This document shows positions 23,297 through 36,872 of a DNA stretch of 64,000 bases, one piece after another (position 1 is the first letter of the stretch; the number at the start of each line of letters is the position of its first letter). Both the position numbers and the translations under genes were made by a program. The notes beneath the pieces are model-generated. The model saw only the letters and a program-made list of their open reading frames with translations. It did no database searches and was not told where the DNA came from. This DNA comes from Elsinoe ampelina (lineage: Eukaryota), in the NCBI GenBank assembly GCA_010093995.1, contig ML992509.1, forward strand, positions 480,178 to 544,177. Direction: 5' to 3'.

Positions 23297-23685
23297 TGTG
23301 GACGAGGGAGGAGTAAGCCGCGAGACCAGCTTCCCTGGTGATACAATTGCGGACTGACGGGCTCGCTGATCGGTGGCAAGGTTGTCGAACAGAATGTGCC
23401 CAGAAGTGGTGTGAGGTGAGGTTGTGCAGTCTCGAGAGACGAATTCTGCTTGCCAGAAAAAAATGGCGGAGCAATTCCGCTTCACATGCATGCGGATCCG
23501 TGAACCACTGCGTGCAGGAACTAATTACACCGTAAGCATTGCTCGGTTTCCACCATTGATGAAGAATACTGGTTGATTTGGTCATACACAACTAACTAAG
23601 GCGTTACACCAATCCCATCCTTAGCTGCTTGTTCCAAAGCTACAAGCAAAGTCCTTCCAGAACGTATGCTTCCCCCATCGTTGCC

Positions 23686-24807
23686 TCAAGCATCACTACC
23701 ACCTCCCAAGCTCGTCTTTGGTTTTTTGCTAGCACCTCTGCTCTCCCCATCATCTCTCTTTCGCTTACTCCTCCCACTCCTGCCGCCTTTCGGCCTATAC
23801 GTCTCATCCGCATCTCTACTCTTTCGTCTCCTCGAGGACCCATCCTCCTCCTCTTCACCGTCCACATCCCTCCCCGCGGCACTGCTCATAGGACTACCAT
23901 CGTCTCGTTCTCGCGCTCTCTCCACTGCTCGATCGCCCATCTTCTTGGCCAGATTACGGCCTCCCTTCTTCCCTCCTGCTGGCGTGCCTGCGTCTGACTT
24001 TGTATCGTCCGTTTCCGTAATGTTGATATTGTGCTGCTTCAGCCAGTTGTGGACGCTGAGCGGATTCCGCAGCTCTACTTCCCGCTCGAGCTCTCTAGCT
24101 GTCATTTGGGAGAACGCAGGCGGGCTCTTCTCTCGTGGCGCTGGCATGCCGTGCAGAGGATCGCCCCAGGTGAGGTCAAACTTGTCGAGGTAGTCGGACT
24201 CGTGTTGCGAAGTGAGATAGCCGACTGGATCCGCGACTTCGTTGACTGAGTTCAGGTCCGTGTCATCCAAGAATGTGTGCGGTACCTCCTTCTCCAGAGA
24301 CGCTAGTGATCGACTCTCCAATGCTGCGACATGACTCTCCAGACTTGTGCGCATCTGATAGACCTCTCCTTGTGATATGCGTCCTTGATGTCCCATCTCA
24401 ACGTACTGGTCCAGCATCCTGTTCGCGCGTGTGAGGGAGTCAATCCCTTCTGCCTCCGGCCACTCTTTCCTATATTCGATGTTGTAGCGAAGCTCGGCAG
24501 GGAGCTGGAGTGTCGAATTGAGCTCCAAGAGCATATCGAGGAGTTCGCTGTAATCTGTCAGTACGTGTCAAGCTGTGGAGAGGTAGTTCGCATACTCGTT
24601 CTGCTCCTGTAGGCGCTTGGCGAGTGCTTCTAGCTTCTGCTCTTCCTTGAACATGGTACTGTTGGTCTTCATCGTGTCATCGAATCGCGCCTTCATCTTG
24701 CGATACTTTTTGCGCCATGATTTGTACTTTGGTCGTGACTCGGACGACTCATTGAATGGCGCAGATGTCGATGGGGCAGCTTCCATAGCTATATCCTCTT
24801 CAGCCAT
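23686..24807 (-). CDS. IEC3: INO80 chromatin-remodelling complex subunit Iec3-like; intron 24548-24595
   Basis: YKSWRKKYRKMKARFD, LRNPLSVHNWLKQH and YRPKGG motifs; GTATGC..CAG intron joins the two ORFs. Confidence 0.85.
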
Positions 24808-25128
24808 GATGCTGATCTTTTGACTGTGGTGGAGACCAATGCTGGCGCAAGCAAGAGTGCGAGGTGAAGATGATCAGCCCTGAGTCGGGAGAAGGTGGAT
24901 GTGAAAGCACGAGACTGGCCAACCGTAGCTACCACATGCCATGTCTGGACCACCGCACTCCTGCTCGCCGATCACGGAAGCGACTCCGGCCCTTGCCCCT
25001 TGCCCACAAACATGTGGAGGGACGAGCGGGGCCACCGCTTCCAACCGAGTGGGAGTCAGACCTTCATGCTCGTTCTCTACCATGGTCACAATTTAGCATA
25101 ATTCACTACTGCACAAGTATCCCCAACC

Positions 25129-25991
25129 ATGGGCGCCTTCTTCGAAACCCTCTCCCCCACCCTCATGCAATGGATCCTTGAACAACACATGTTCTGGGTC
25201 GCCACCGCCCCCCTCTCGGGCGCCGGCCACGTGAACGTCTCCCCAAAGGGGGGGAAATACTTTGGCGTCGACGACTCGCGGACCTTCTGGTACCAAGACC
25301 TGACCGGGTCCGGCAACGAAACAATCTCCCACCTGCACGAGCCAGGCAACGGTCGCATCGTGATACTCTTCAACGCCTTCGTTGGTCCGCCCAAGATACT
25401 CCGCCTCTGGGGCCATGGGAAGGTGCTCGAGAATGGAACGCCAGAGTATGAGGCGTTTGTGAAGGCTCATCCGGGGATTGAGCTGATTCCTGGCACGAGG
25501 AGTTTTATCAAGGTGGATGTGCATCAGGTGGGGACTTCGTGTGGGTTTTCGGTGCCGTATTATGATTTCAAGGAGTATCGGCCTATTTTGAATAATTTCT
25601 TTGCCGAGAAGGCGAGGAAGTATAGGGAGGGGAATGAGAAGGAGAGTATGGATAGGTGAGTGGTGAGATGGTAGTGCTGGGTTGGTTGGCTGACGAGGGC
25701 AGGTATTGGGCTTTGAAGAATTCGTATAGTATGGATGGGTTGCCGGGTATGAAGCGAGGGCAAGCGGCGCTGCAGGTGGAAAAGGATGTAGTGCCACTGA
25801 AGAAGATGGTCGGTCCTTTGGCGCCCAAGCCTGGCTCGTATAAAGTCACAAAGGGAGTGCCGCTCGAGCATGTCGTGCTCGTGGCTTTGACCTGCTTCAT
25901 CCTCGGCATGTTCGTGGCGCTGAACGGGCCAGGACTCGTAAAGTACTTGCAAATAGGACCACAGCAACAGGATGTGCTGTTGGGTCAATGA
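25129..25991 (+). CDS. Pyridoxamine 5'-phosphate oxidase-like FMN-binding protein with C-terminal hydrophobic segment; intron 25656-25702
   Basis: FWVATAPLSGAGHVNVSPKG, DLTGSGNETISHL, VGTSCGFSVP, YWALKNSYSMDGLPG motifs. Confidence 0.9.
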
Positions 25992-26203
25992 GTACTGAGG
26001 GGACAGCATCCTTGACCCCAATGCTTGATTCACGACTACCATGAAATACGGTAACAAAAGATGCCCACTGTACATTCGCATCTCCTACATAGATACCCAA
26101 CCGAGCGATGCTATGGCCCACCACATCCCATCTCTCCTAAACGCCTCGCGTCCCTTTCCAGAACAACACCATGGTATCACAAATCAAGTACAACGTCTTT
26201 CCC

Positions 26204-29200
26204 CTACTCCTTCAACCCCTCATTCAACACCAACTCCACCACCACCTGCGTCCTCTCACTCTGCGGGTGACACATGGCCACCTTGACCGTCCTCGCCGCC
26301 ACCCCGAGAGCCCCCTCTTCCTTCCCCGCACCGATCGCCCCACCACCACTCAAACTCCCGCCACCCCCATCGTCCAAACACCTCACATCCCTGCCCGCAA
26401 TAATCTGCTTCAACCTCCCATTCTGGGCATTCCGCACCTCGACGAAATCCATATCAAACAGCAACAAATAAGGCCCGTACAATGCCGCCGACCTCGCCTT
26501 GCCGACGAAATTCATGATGACGCTGCGGCTCACGTCCCCGTGCTTGTTGACGTAAACCGCGCATTTCTCGTAGCAAAGCAGGAACTCCTGCTCGCTGAGC
26601 CGGAGCATGCCGAGCGTGTTCTGCCCCTCGATATGCGTGGCGATGTTCGCCACCTCCGGCGCCTTGAGGTCAGGCACGGAGAAGGTCTGTTTCTTGTCTA
26701 GCGTGAGGACCTCGAAGCCGCGTGACGTGGACACGGAGAGGGAGTTGCTGAAGAGGTTCATGCCGCTGCATTCGGCCGGGATGTAGAATTCGTCGTAGTC
26801 GCGGAAAAACTCGGTTTGGCCGCGCTTGAACATTGTGCGTTTCTTCTCGGTGGATTTTTGGAATACCGGCTCGAGGACTTTAAAGGTGGAGGAGAGGCCG
26901 TCGCGTTTTTTGTAGAAGACGAGGAGGCGGTCTTTCATGCGGCCGACGGCGAAGAAGCCGACGTCGCGGGTGCCGGAGAGCTTTTGGGGAGCACGACGGG
27001 CGGAGCCGTCGGTGGTGTTGTTTGTGGACGGGGAGGTGACGACTTCGAGATGGTAGGCGATGAGAGAGCCGGCGGAGATGAGGAGGAAGACGTTGAATTC
27101 TTCCAGTACGGCGATCTGTGTCACTTTGGCCATAGTGATGGCGCGACTCCAGCCGCGAGGGCTATCGATCTCGGAGATGTAGACGCCGTAGTCGGTGCCG
27201 ACAGCGATCATGTGCTTGCCGGGATAAGCGGTGGAGAATGCGCAAGCGCAATTGACTTTTGCACGACAGATGGGACCAGGTCGTGCAGTGTCCTTGTACC
27301 GGGCTTCGACTTCTTTGATTGCTCGGTCCATGGGAGTGTCTTCGATAACGAGAGGCTTTCCACCAGGCATGTATGCAGCTGCCTCATAATTGAAGGCGGT
27401 ATCCGCTATCACGCGGAGGTGGAAAGGCTCAGCATTCTGGCGATATAACGACTTTGCATGTTGTGCTTTGGCTTCAATGATCTTGACGCCCCAATCCGCC
27501 CGTTGTTGAGCGGACTGGGCGAACAGAGTGTATGTTTCGCGACCAAGATGCTTGATACGGAACGGATAGAGGATCCTTTCAGACTCTTTGCCCGCTTCGG
27601 TCGTGGTCGACATCGGTGGCGCAGATGCTACAGAGTTCAAAGATGACATGGAGTTCGAAGTCAGAGTGCGATCAAAGGTGGCCGTTGGAGATGTCGTTGT
27701 CCCGGACCGAGCTCGTGCGGCATCAAGACCTGGTCTTCCAGACACGTTCGAGACGGTGGTCAAGCCGCGGGTGTAGTGTGACTGTCGTACAGCGTCATCG
27801 TTGATACTCTCAAGCACAAGTAGGTCCATGGGGATCGGCTGAATCTTGTTAGCACGGCAATTACATAAGCGTATCTCAGTTTCGACTTACAAAGCGAGAG
27901 ACGTCATATTTCTCAATCTTCGCTCCCGTACCCCTCTGGATGACCGAGATTGCTTTTGCGAGAATCAAGTAATGATCGAACAGTAATACTTGACAGTCCA
28001 CCCAGTTGAACCTTGAGGAGCCCATACGTTGTAATGATCCTTGGTGGATGAGCCGTCTACCCAAGTGATTGAGGTTGAGTTCGACTTCCTGTTGCATTCC
28101 AGGCCTTAGAACCAGCTTTTGATTCCAGTCAGCGAGGTCGACCTTCTTCTGCATCTCCGCGACCCGAGCATCACACTCTTTCGTGACCTCCTTGACCTCA
28201 TCGATTGCCACCTGTAGATTTGTCTTTTCATCCGACTCATCCTTCATGTTCTTGTGAACGGTCATGAGGAGAAGCGAATACCTCTGAAGTCTCGTGATAG
28301 GAGCCTTTAGATAAGTATCGAGGCCCAATCTGTTAGAAGCCTTGTTTGCTCGAGCTTCATCCAAGAAGGTTCTGAACCGTACGCTCCGCTCGGATTCTTG
28401 TCGTACCATTAGCGCAGCTGCAGGAAAAGCCGCTGCGTATTCGATATAGGCGTGCTTGGCCTTCCGAATCCATTGTCGGAAGATGTCGCTGAATCCCGTG
28501 ATCCAGGGGCCTTGCTCTTCTTGTCGGTACTTCAACTGAGCGAGCAGGTGGTCTTCATTGGCTTTGCGAACGGGATCAATCTTGCCGAATACGTCTCTGA
28601 TGAATGCATTCAGTCTCTTGGGGTCCAGAACTGGCGGGTCTGCCTTTGCAATCGTGTCTCGATACACCTGCTGCAGGACGTGAATCTGACTCATAAACTG
28701 TTCTTCGGTCTGGACCACCTCATGCAAGATGTTCTGCCTTTCGATCTCTTTCTTGTCTTTGCCTTCGATATCCTCCTTTTTGAGCTTGTAGAAGGTCGCC
28801 CAATCTTCACCAGTGCGAGCTTGTGCGCCCTGCAGATTCAACTTCTTCAAGGTTCGTTGACAGAACTTGGAATAGCATCTGCCTGGAATCACATGATTGT
28901 GTAACGTTGGCGAATAGCAGCCGCCCTGACTGAGCTGGAAGATAACGCCACTCATGGGACCCGGGGCGAGCCTGACCCACTCCTCGGTCTTTCTGAGAGT
29001 GCCCGCCTCGTACATATCCTGGATCACCCGGGCAGTCAAGACCTCGGCATCGGTGATATTCATCGTCGGTACCTTGTTGGTAAAGAGTGAGACTAGCGCT
29101 TCCCGAATCATGGATTCCTTCAATTCGGTCACTTGATCCGGATTGGCAATGGTTCGCAACCACTGATTGATTGCGCTCAATGCCCATGGTTCCTCACATT

Positions 29201-31400
29201 TCTTGAAGTCAGATGCTCCAAGTTTTGACACATTGAATCGCTTCGACGGCAGACTAGGCAGATCGAGAGCGACCGTATTGGCTGCCGGTGTGGCTGGCAA
29301 ATTTAGCATGACGGAATTGCGATATTCAACAGATGTCCTTAGGGCAATCTTCCGCGAGTCCGCATCGGTCTTCGAACGCGTGGGATGGCCTACTGGAGGA
29401 GTTGAGGTATGTTCTCGTAGCGAGATGAAGCGCGGCACCGCTACGTCGGTTTGACTTGTGGAGCGCATAGAGGCGCTCGAGCTGAGAGGATATGGTGTCA
29501 TTGAAGCTGAGGTCGCTGGAGTCTCTACACCGCGAACAGAATCGGCCGAGGAGGACGGTGGTGGTGGCAATGGTCGGTACATTGAAGAAACGTCTGGCAT
29601 GAAGAACATGTCAGGAGGCTCGCTTGATTCAAAAATGTCCTCGGTGAATGAGTAAGCATCCCCGTCATCCACGCTACCTCGGTGAGCATCTCGACTAGGA
29701 TCTACCAAGCCGCCAGTGCCTCCAGAATCCACTCGCGCGACAGATTGGAATGGTGCGAAAGGTGGTGCTTCGGCGCCGGAGTCATAGGATAACTCGCGGC
29801 CATGCACAGTCGGTCTCCTGACTGACCCGGCTGTAGACGCAGGGTTGCTGCGTATCGATCCGGCACCAGCAAGAGTCTCAGGATCACCACCGTACGACAT
29901 CGATCCGTGGTAGCCGCCACCGTACAAACCCATGTCGACATTGGCGTAATTATCGCTATCGTAGTCCTGGTCAGTCGGCGCGGCTGCGCCTAGTAGACCA
30001 CCTGTCCCAGACTGGCGGCGCTTTTCTTCTTGGGCAGCTCTCTCCGAATCAAGACGCATCATCTCTAGACCTGCGAGAGCTTCTTCATCACTGTCGGCGT
30101 TGTGTCCGGAACGACCGTTGGTGGAAGCTTCCTCTCTCCGTCTATGAGATCCGAACAAAGGTCGCGGCGAATGCGAAGCGGAAGGGCTATGACGTGGTGG
30201 TACAGGACTGCTGGCTTGAAAGGCGGCGGGACTACCCGCATTCATGATGGCATTCTCAACCTCGTCAAACAATTCGTCCTGTTGTCTCATGTTGTAGTCG
30301 TAATCATCAGTCATTGTTCTCGCTGGTGGCCGATAGTAGTCGGGACCAATGTCAGGTTCCGGGGGACCAGGCAGAGGTCTTGACTGGGGATGTCTTACGG
30401 CAGGACTGTTTCTTTGCGATCCGTGCGCAGGAGGAGGGGGAGGAGCTGTCGAAGTAGTTGTTTCTGGAGTCGGAAGTGGTGACACACTTGGACGGCGCTG
30501 CGGAGTGTCCAAGAAAGTCTCGTCGTTGAAAGGGGAATATGCTGGGGGTGATGGTACATGCAAGTCGTCAGTGCGGCTTATTGCGGTCGATGTGAAACTA
30601 GAGTCAAGACTGTCATAGCCTGGCATTGCAGTGGAGGTAGTACTGTAATCCGGATAGGGAGGATTCGAGGAAGCAGTGTATGTCGAAGCCATTTGTGGAG
30701 GTGGCTGCGAATACGTTGAGTATGTTGAATACGTTTGTCTGGCTCCCGAACCTGGACGGGGAGGTACAGGAGGCGGTATTGACGACTGCGTGTCATATCG
30801 AGGACTCAGGTGCAATTCACTGTGATCGTGTGATGACTGGAACTGGTCTTGAGGTTGCTGTGGAGAATTACTATAAGGTGGTTGAGGAGAGCCGCCGTAA
30901 TGCGAAGTGGCATAGTCGCTCGGGTTGTAGGTCTGCTGCTGATAGTAACTGTTCTGGTTCGGGCTTGCCTGTGATTGCGCATAATTCCCAGAGTATGCAG
31001 CAGGGTTGTAGCCAGAATGTGTCGGGGTAAATGGTGGGTTCACATTAGCATAGGCTTGTGGGTTATACTGTGAAGATTGCGCATAAGCCTGTGGGTTGTA
31101 GGTTTGCTGCTGCTGGTACTGTTCAGTCTGATAGTACCCCGAATATGGTGCGGTAGGAGATTGAACAGCGTGGTGAGGTGCTGTGGGTGATTGGAGGACA
31201 CCATTCTGGCCAGCGTACGATCCATAACTAGCCCCGTTCGTCCATTGCTGGCCTGGCTGATATTGACCACCCTGGTTGTATCCATTCGCGACATAGTCGT
31301 CTTGCGATTGCTGAAATTGGGTATGCTGGTACTGACCCTGCTGCGGTTGCTGCTGCTGCTGATGCTGGTCACCATAGTACCCATGGTGTTGGTACGCCAT
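26204..31400 (-). CDS. Rho guanine nucleotide exchange factor, DH-PH-CNH architecture (Rgf3/Tus1/Rom2 family); intron 27839-27890
   Basis: ERQNILHEVVQTE and YLKAPITRLQRYSLLL (DH), LLFDHYLILAK and PIPMDLLVLES (PH), C-terminal citron-homology domain; Q/Y/P-rich N-terminus. Confidence 0.93.
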
Positions 31401-32674
31401 GATGGCAAGTACCGACGAATATAGTCTCAGGTTCCCATCAGCCCAAAGTATTTCAAGATGTCTCTTCTTATGTCCACGGTCTCAGACCCAACTCGGCGCA
31501 TCTGACGTGCGGCTTCCAAGCTCTTGCGGGGCGGAGGAGCAATCGTGCTCTTTGCTCATCTAAATCAGGTGGAGTGATAGGCGTTCCGAATGTAGTAATG
31601 TGTCTGTCGCATTCACTAGTCCATGCGATTCGCCAACCAGTAGATCGAAATATGTCAGCCCGCAGCTGGTAGGGCGGATGCGCGGCGGAGCTGAAGAGCG
31701 GCGGTGACAAGCGCGCGGATGATGGAGATGAGGCTAGCTGAGACTTGGGCCTCTATATCGAGCCTGAGATATTGGTTGGAAGAGGTTGGCTGACAGGTGC
31801 GTGGTCGCGCAAGTTAGGCAGATGGAGGAGTTGGTGGAGGCACAGGTGTGGTTCGTGTGGTTCGTTCTTCCTGTGGCTAGTCCTTAGTCCCTTGGATCCA
31901 TCCTTGGATCATGCCTCTGCCGTCAGTCCAAGCCCACCGCACTCGATCATTCCCAGCCCGCACATGCGATTGACAAATTGTTCACTCATCCATCTTCGCT
32001 AGTTCTCTACGGTATGACATCCGACTTGAGCGTACGACGAGATATCACAAAGGCAGCACAGCGAGAATGTGCTGAACGCACATGTCCTCAGCTGTCAAAC
32101 CTGTCAATACCCTTCTGAAACGAACCATACCCTTCTGAAAGTAGCCGGCAGAGGACATGTTGCAGCAGGCATATCTCGCATCAGACTCTACAACCTTCTT
32201 CATTCATTCCGTATCGGCGTAGGCTCCTAGACGACGCTGTCGCTCGGCCTCTTCAGTTGCCCCGGCTGTGAGCAACCACTCCGTCTGCCCTCTGCTTGCC
32301 ATCTCGAAATCAGACCTAGGATAGGTGATGATGTCGTCGCTTGCAGCACCTGGCCACTTGAAAAGAATCAAGCGGTGGCAGATGAACGACATGCCACACT
32401 GTCATCTCGCCGGTCGCGCCGGTCCTTCACAAAACGGACATGAACTGCGCCACATATAGCAAGCCACCTGCTGCGGAATCATCCCACCATTCGAGGGAGG
32501 ATCATGATCCCCGCACTTGCTCTGTACTGGAGGGACCACAAGATCCCAAGGTCAAGTGCTGTTCACACGTTGTGATTTATGTGTCGAATGAGGTATGAGT
32601 CACGACAAATCTCTCTTACCACTCTACTCTCGCTAAGGACAGACCTTCGTCCGAGCTGAATAGCATCCATAGCG

Positions 32675-34627
32675 ATGGTCATGCACCAGGAAGGTGGCGC
32701 AGGCGGTGCGTTGGGACCAGAGAATGACCGAGCACAGTCCCGCGCCCCTACCTCATGGACCGACGACCCAATCCCAAAGGCTGACACTCATGGCTACTCA
32801 ATCCTGGAGCAACCCATGGGCACGAAGAAGCACCTACGAGTGGTTTTGATGGTCGCCGGAGCGTCGACGTTGAACTTTCTGAAGCAGGCAGATGATCAGC
32901 TCACCAACGTCGATATCACTGTATATGAAAAGAATCATGACGTCGGAGGGACTTGGCTCGAAAACAGATACCCTGGAGCTGCCTGCGATATCCCATCAGT
33001 CAATTATCAATTCGCCTGGAAGACAAGGCTCTGGAGTCACTACTACTCGTATGCTCCAGAGATATGGCAGTATCTTAAAGACATTGAGCAAGAAAACAGC
33101 TTTAACGATAGGTACATCAAGCTCAAGCATCAGATCGAACGAGCCGAATGGGACGACGAGGCTGGTGTCTGGCGATTCCAGGTCAAGAATCTGGTTTCTG
33201 GCAAGGTCTTTGATGACCACGCTCACTTCTTCGTCAATGCTGGAGGAGTGCTCAACAACTGGAAATGGCCCGACATTGTTGGACTCCATGACTTCAACGG
33301 GAAGCTGATGCATTCTGCCGCTTACGACAAAGGCTATGATTTGGTGGGCAAAAAGGTCGCAGTCATTGGTGCTGGTAGCAGCGGTGTACAAATTGTAGCT
33401 GCTATCCAGCCCAAGGTCAAGCACTTGTACCATTGGGTTCGAAGTCCTATCTGGATCACGGCTGGATTTGCTCAAACGTGGGCAGGGCGAGATGGCGCGA
33501 ACTTCAAGTGTACGTACACGGCTCGTTGATCGATCAAGACTGGTACTGATCGATAAGCAGACAGCGAAGAGCAGTTGGATTATCTCCGCAACAATCCCGT
33601 CAAATATCTAGAATACCGTAAGATGATCGAGAATGAGCTCAATCAGCGATTCAAATTCATCATCAAAGGATCTCCCGAATCTGAACAAGCCAAGACCTTC
33701 TCACGAGATCAGATGGAACGAAAGCTGAACAAAGATCCTCGCTTGTGCTCAGCTATCATACCAAACGACTTTAATCCTGGTTGTCGTCGCCCGACTCCTG
33801 CGCCGGGCTACCTTGAAGCACTCACGGCACCCAATACGACTGTCTCTACTGCTGATATCAGCCGCATCACATCCACAGGCTTCATCGACGACGAGAATAA
33901 CGCCCACGACGTGGATGTCATCATCTGTGCCACCGGTTTCGATACCTCATGGCTTCCCCGTTTCCCATTCATTGCTCACGGCCACGACTTGCGCCATGTC
34001 TGGTCGGGTAAAGATAATGTGACGTCGTACCTCAGCGTTGCCATCCCCAGCTTTCCCAATCACTTTTCGTTCTGCGGACCCTACGGTGCGTATATACCGT
34101 TAACGATCATCCAAGATTTTTCAACGGCTAACGCTCCAGTTTCAGGTCCCCTCGGGCACGGTTCCTTCCTGCCCCTCATCGAGCGCTGGACACAGTACAT
34201 CTTCAAAGCTCTCCAAAAATGCCAAGTCGAGCATATCCGATCCATCTCACCTAAACTAGATGCCGCTCGAGCCTTTCGACAGCACGCTGACCTTTTTCTC
34301 CGCCGCACGGCTTGGACCTCTCCGTGTCGATCATGGTTCAAGCAAGGCCGGAAAGACGGACAAGCGGCTATATACCCTGGCAGTAGAGTGCACTTCTTCG
34401 AACTATTGAAAGACGTAAGGTGGGAAGACTTTGAGATCAAGTATGATCATGGCAACGAATTTGCCTTTTTGGGAAATGGCTTTGACTTGAGAGAAACCGA
34501 TGGTAGAGATATCACGCATTATCTTGGCTTGATGGGTGAAGACAAGCAGCCAGAGTATGATCAGAGTCTATTGGCAAGATTAGCTGGGTGGAACCTTGGT
34601 CAAGATAGCGAGATTCATGGAGGGTAG
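32675..34627 (+). CDS. Flavin-containing / Baeyer-Villiger-type monooxygenase; introns 33510-33560 and 34086-34145
   Basis: GGTWLENRYPGAACD, FNGKLMHSAAYD fingerprint, second Rossmann GAGSSG, GCRRP, ATGFD, CRSWFK. Confidence 0.92.
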
Positions 34628-35449
34628 CTGCTGATAGGTGGCGATTGGGAGACCTGTCTGCTTCAGGGGAGACAAGGTTCCAGAGGGTCTAGTTTTCCCG
34701 AGCTGGTCGTCCCGAGCCCGAGAGTAAGAATGCAATAGCTCTTCAGGTGCAAGACCTGCTAGTCTCTGACAAGTCATTGAACCAAAGACGGGTCCTGGGT
34801 ATACCGATGGACAGGGCATAGAGGTGCAATCTTCTTGGCATTGGTCGTTTTGCTTTCCACGTCATGCCAAAACGGTTCCTTGCCTTTGCAACGTCTCTTC
34901 ATTGCTCAAAAAGACGTCCGATTATCATGAAACAATAAAGCCACAACGACTTTCGCTTGCTCGATTCTCGGAAACTCACCATGCCATCATAAACGATAAA
35001 CGACAGTGCAGAACAACGTGCAGTAATTTGACGTTCTCATAACGTCCCAAAGGCAGATGCTCATCATTAGCCATACGCAGGGCTATTGGACACGCTTTGC
35101 ATTGCTGATCTTCGACCAATGCGTACATTGGCGACCTGATCTGGTCGTGGTAAGCGCACTCACAATGTGGCCCTCAGACATACACCGTCATGGACATACC
35201 ATGAATGCTTTGAGGCGGCTGGGGACTCACAAGTCACTACCATCGATCGAGTGATGTCAAGCTAGAGATCTATGATCGAAGATCTTCATGGGGATTTGGT
35301 AGGTCGTGATTGATGTTATATAACCTTCCAGGTATGCCACGAGAAGTATATCCATCCACTCTCAAGTCAATCTCAGCCTACTACTCCAGAGCAACCAGCA
35401 ACTCGATCTCAATCTCAATCAACAGATCAAGACCAAGACACCAGCAAAC

Positions 35450-36488
35450 ATGTTGTTCAACACTGTCTTCTCCGCCCTGCTCCTGCTTGGCTCTGCCGCT
35501 GCTGCTCCTACCGCAGCATGCCAGAAGAGAGCGGCTGATATCAAGAAGGTTAGGAATGCAGTCTCCAACCCTATTGCAGTCTGCAAGTGGTATGTCGCCG
35601 AGCCCGACAGGACCCGCACCATCCTCAACAACATGGACGCAAAGACTTTGAGGAATGCTTGCAAGTGTATTCTCCAGAACAACGGACAGGCAATTCCACC
35701 ATCCAACCCGACCAGCTTGCCTGCGACAGACCCCAAGGCCCTTACTTGCAACCAGGCCCAGCTTCCTAAGATCCGAGCCCAGTTCAAGCAGCCCAAGGCC
35801 CTCTGTCTGTTCCTGACTGCCATGTAAGTCTCGACCAGCGTCTTATCACTGTACTGTACTGACACATCATCACAGTCCCCGTACCACCTCCCCTGTGCCT
35901 GGTCTTGCCATCAAGCCTGCTATGAGAGGATGTCTCTGTCTCGCTTCCGCCGGAGAGTATGATACCATTGACAGGTCTTCATCCTCGACGACCGACTCGA
36001 CCACCACTACCTCTACCACCACCTCCACCACTACTTCTACCACCACCACTACCACCACTACTACGACCGAAGAACCAACCACCACCACCACTACCACCAC
36101 TACTACGACCGAAGAACCAACCACAACGACTACTACCACCACCTCTGAGACTCCTACTACTACTACCACCACCGAGACTACGACTACCACCACCAGTGAG
36201 ACTCCTACGACTACCACCACTACTACCACCAGTGAGACCACGACAACAACTACCCCAACCACCACCACTACTACTTCTGAGACTACTACCACAACATCCG
36301 AGACCACCACAACGACTACCACCTCGGACACTACCACGACCACCACTACCACTACCACTCCTACTCCTACCACTACTACCACCACCACCGACTCTACAAC
36401 CACCACCACTGAAACTCCAACAACAACCACTTTCACCACAACCACCTCGACCACTTCGACCACTACATCGACTACTACAACGGTGTAA
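35450..36488 (+). CDS. Secreted protein: signal peptide, two 4-Cys repeats, long Thr-rich (mucin-like) tail; intron 35824-35875
   Basis: MLFNTVFSALLLLGSAAAAP signal; GTAAGT..CTGAC..CAG intron joins the 125-aa and 197-aa ORFs in frame; ACC/ACT/ACG codon array. Confidence 0.85.
35988..36482 (+). repeat. Degenerate ACN trinucleotide array encoding poly-Thr with EEP/SETP spacers
   Basis: Directly visible; includes a duplicated ACCACCACTACTACGACCGAAGAACCAACC unit. Confidence 0.9.
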
Positions 36489-36872
36489 ACCAGTTGATAG
36501 TTGCCGGGTAGTGATCTAGTGATCTAAGCGCGGGTGTGAATCTTGAAATTGTCAGCATGAACGGAGGGAGTTTTCAGTCGAGAGTGAGGAGCAGTAGAGT
36601 GTAGGGGTTAGCAGGGGGATTGGAATCGAGAGATAGGCAGCAGGTAGAACCAGACTACAAGTAATGTTTAATAACAGGTCATATCCAACTTAATCCCTGC
36701 CCTAGATAGTCTTGCCACATCTTCAGCAGAGAAGCATTCACTCTACCTCATCAGGACACAACAGACGCATGCAAATATGACGAACAGGAACTCAGAATAA
36801 TACTCAAACATCTCCATTTTGTTGTGAACTAAATTCTACACCCCCTCCTCCTCCCTCCCACTCCTTCACCCC

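Noticed and set aside
23297..23491. 65-aa N-terminal extension of the RRM protein in the ORF track
   Set aside because: Composition resembles promoter/5' UTR; ATG at 23296 has a better context (ACAATGG).
31840..32140. Short direct repeats in the RhoGEF-monooxygenase spacer (GTGTGGTTC x2, CCTTGGATC x2, ATACCCTTCTGAAA x2)
   Set aside because: Isolated two-copy duplications consistent with slippage; no array structure or TE ends.
35870..36519. Val-rich minus-strand and Pro/Leu-rich alternative ORFs; possible repeat array
   Set aside because: Other frames of the Thr-codon array; no repeat-spacer structure, so not CRISPR-like.
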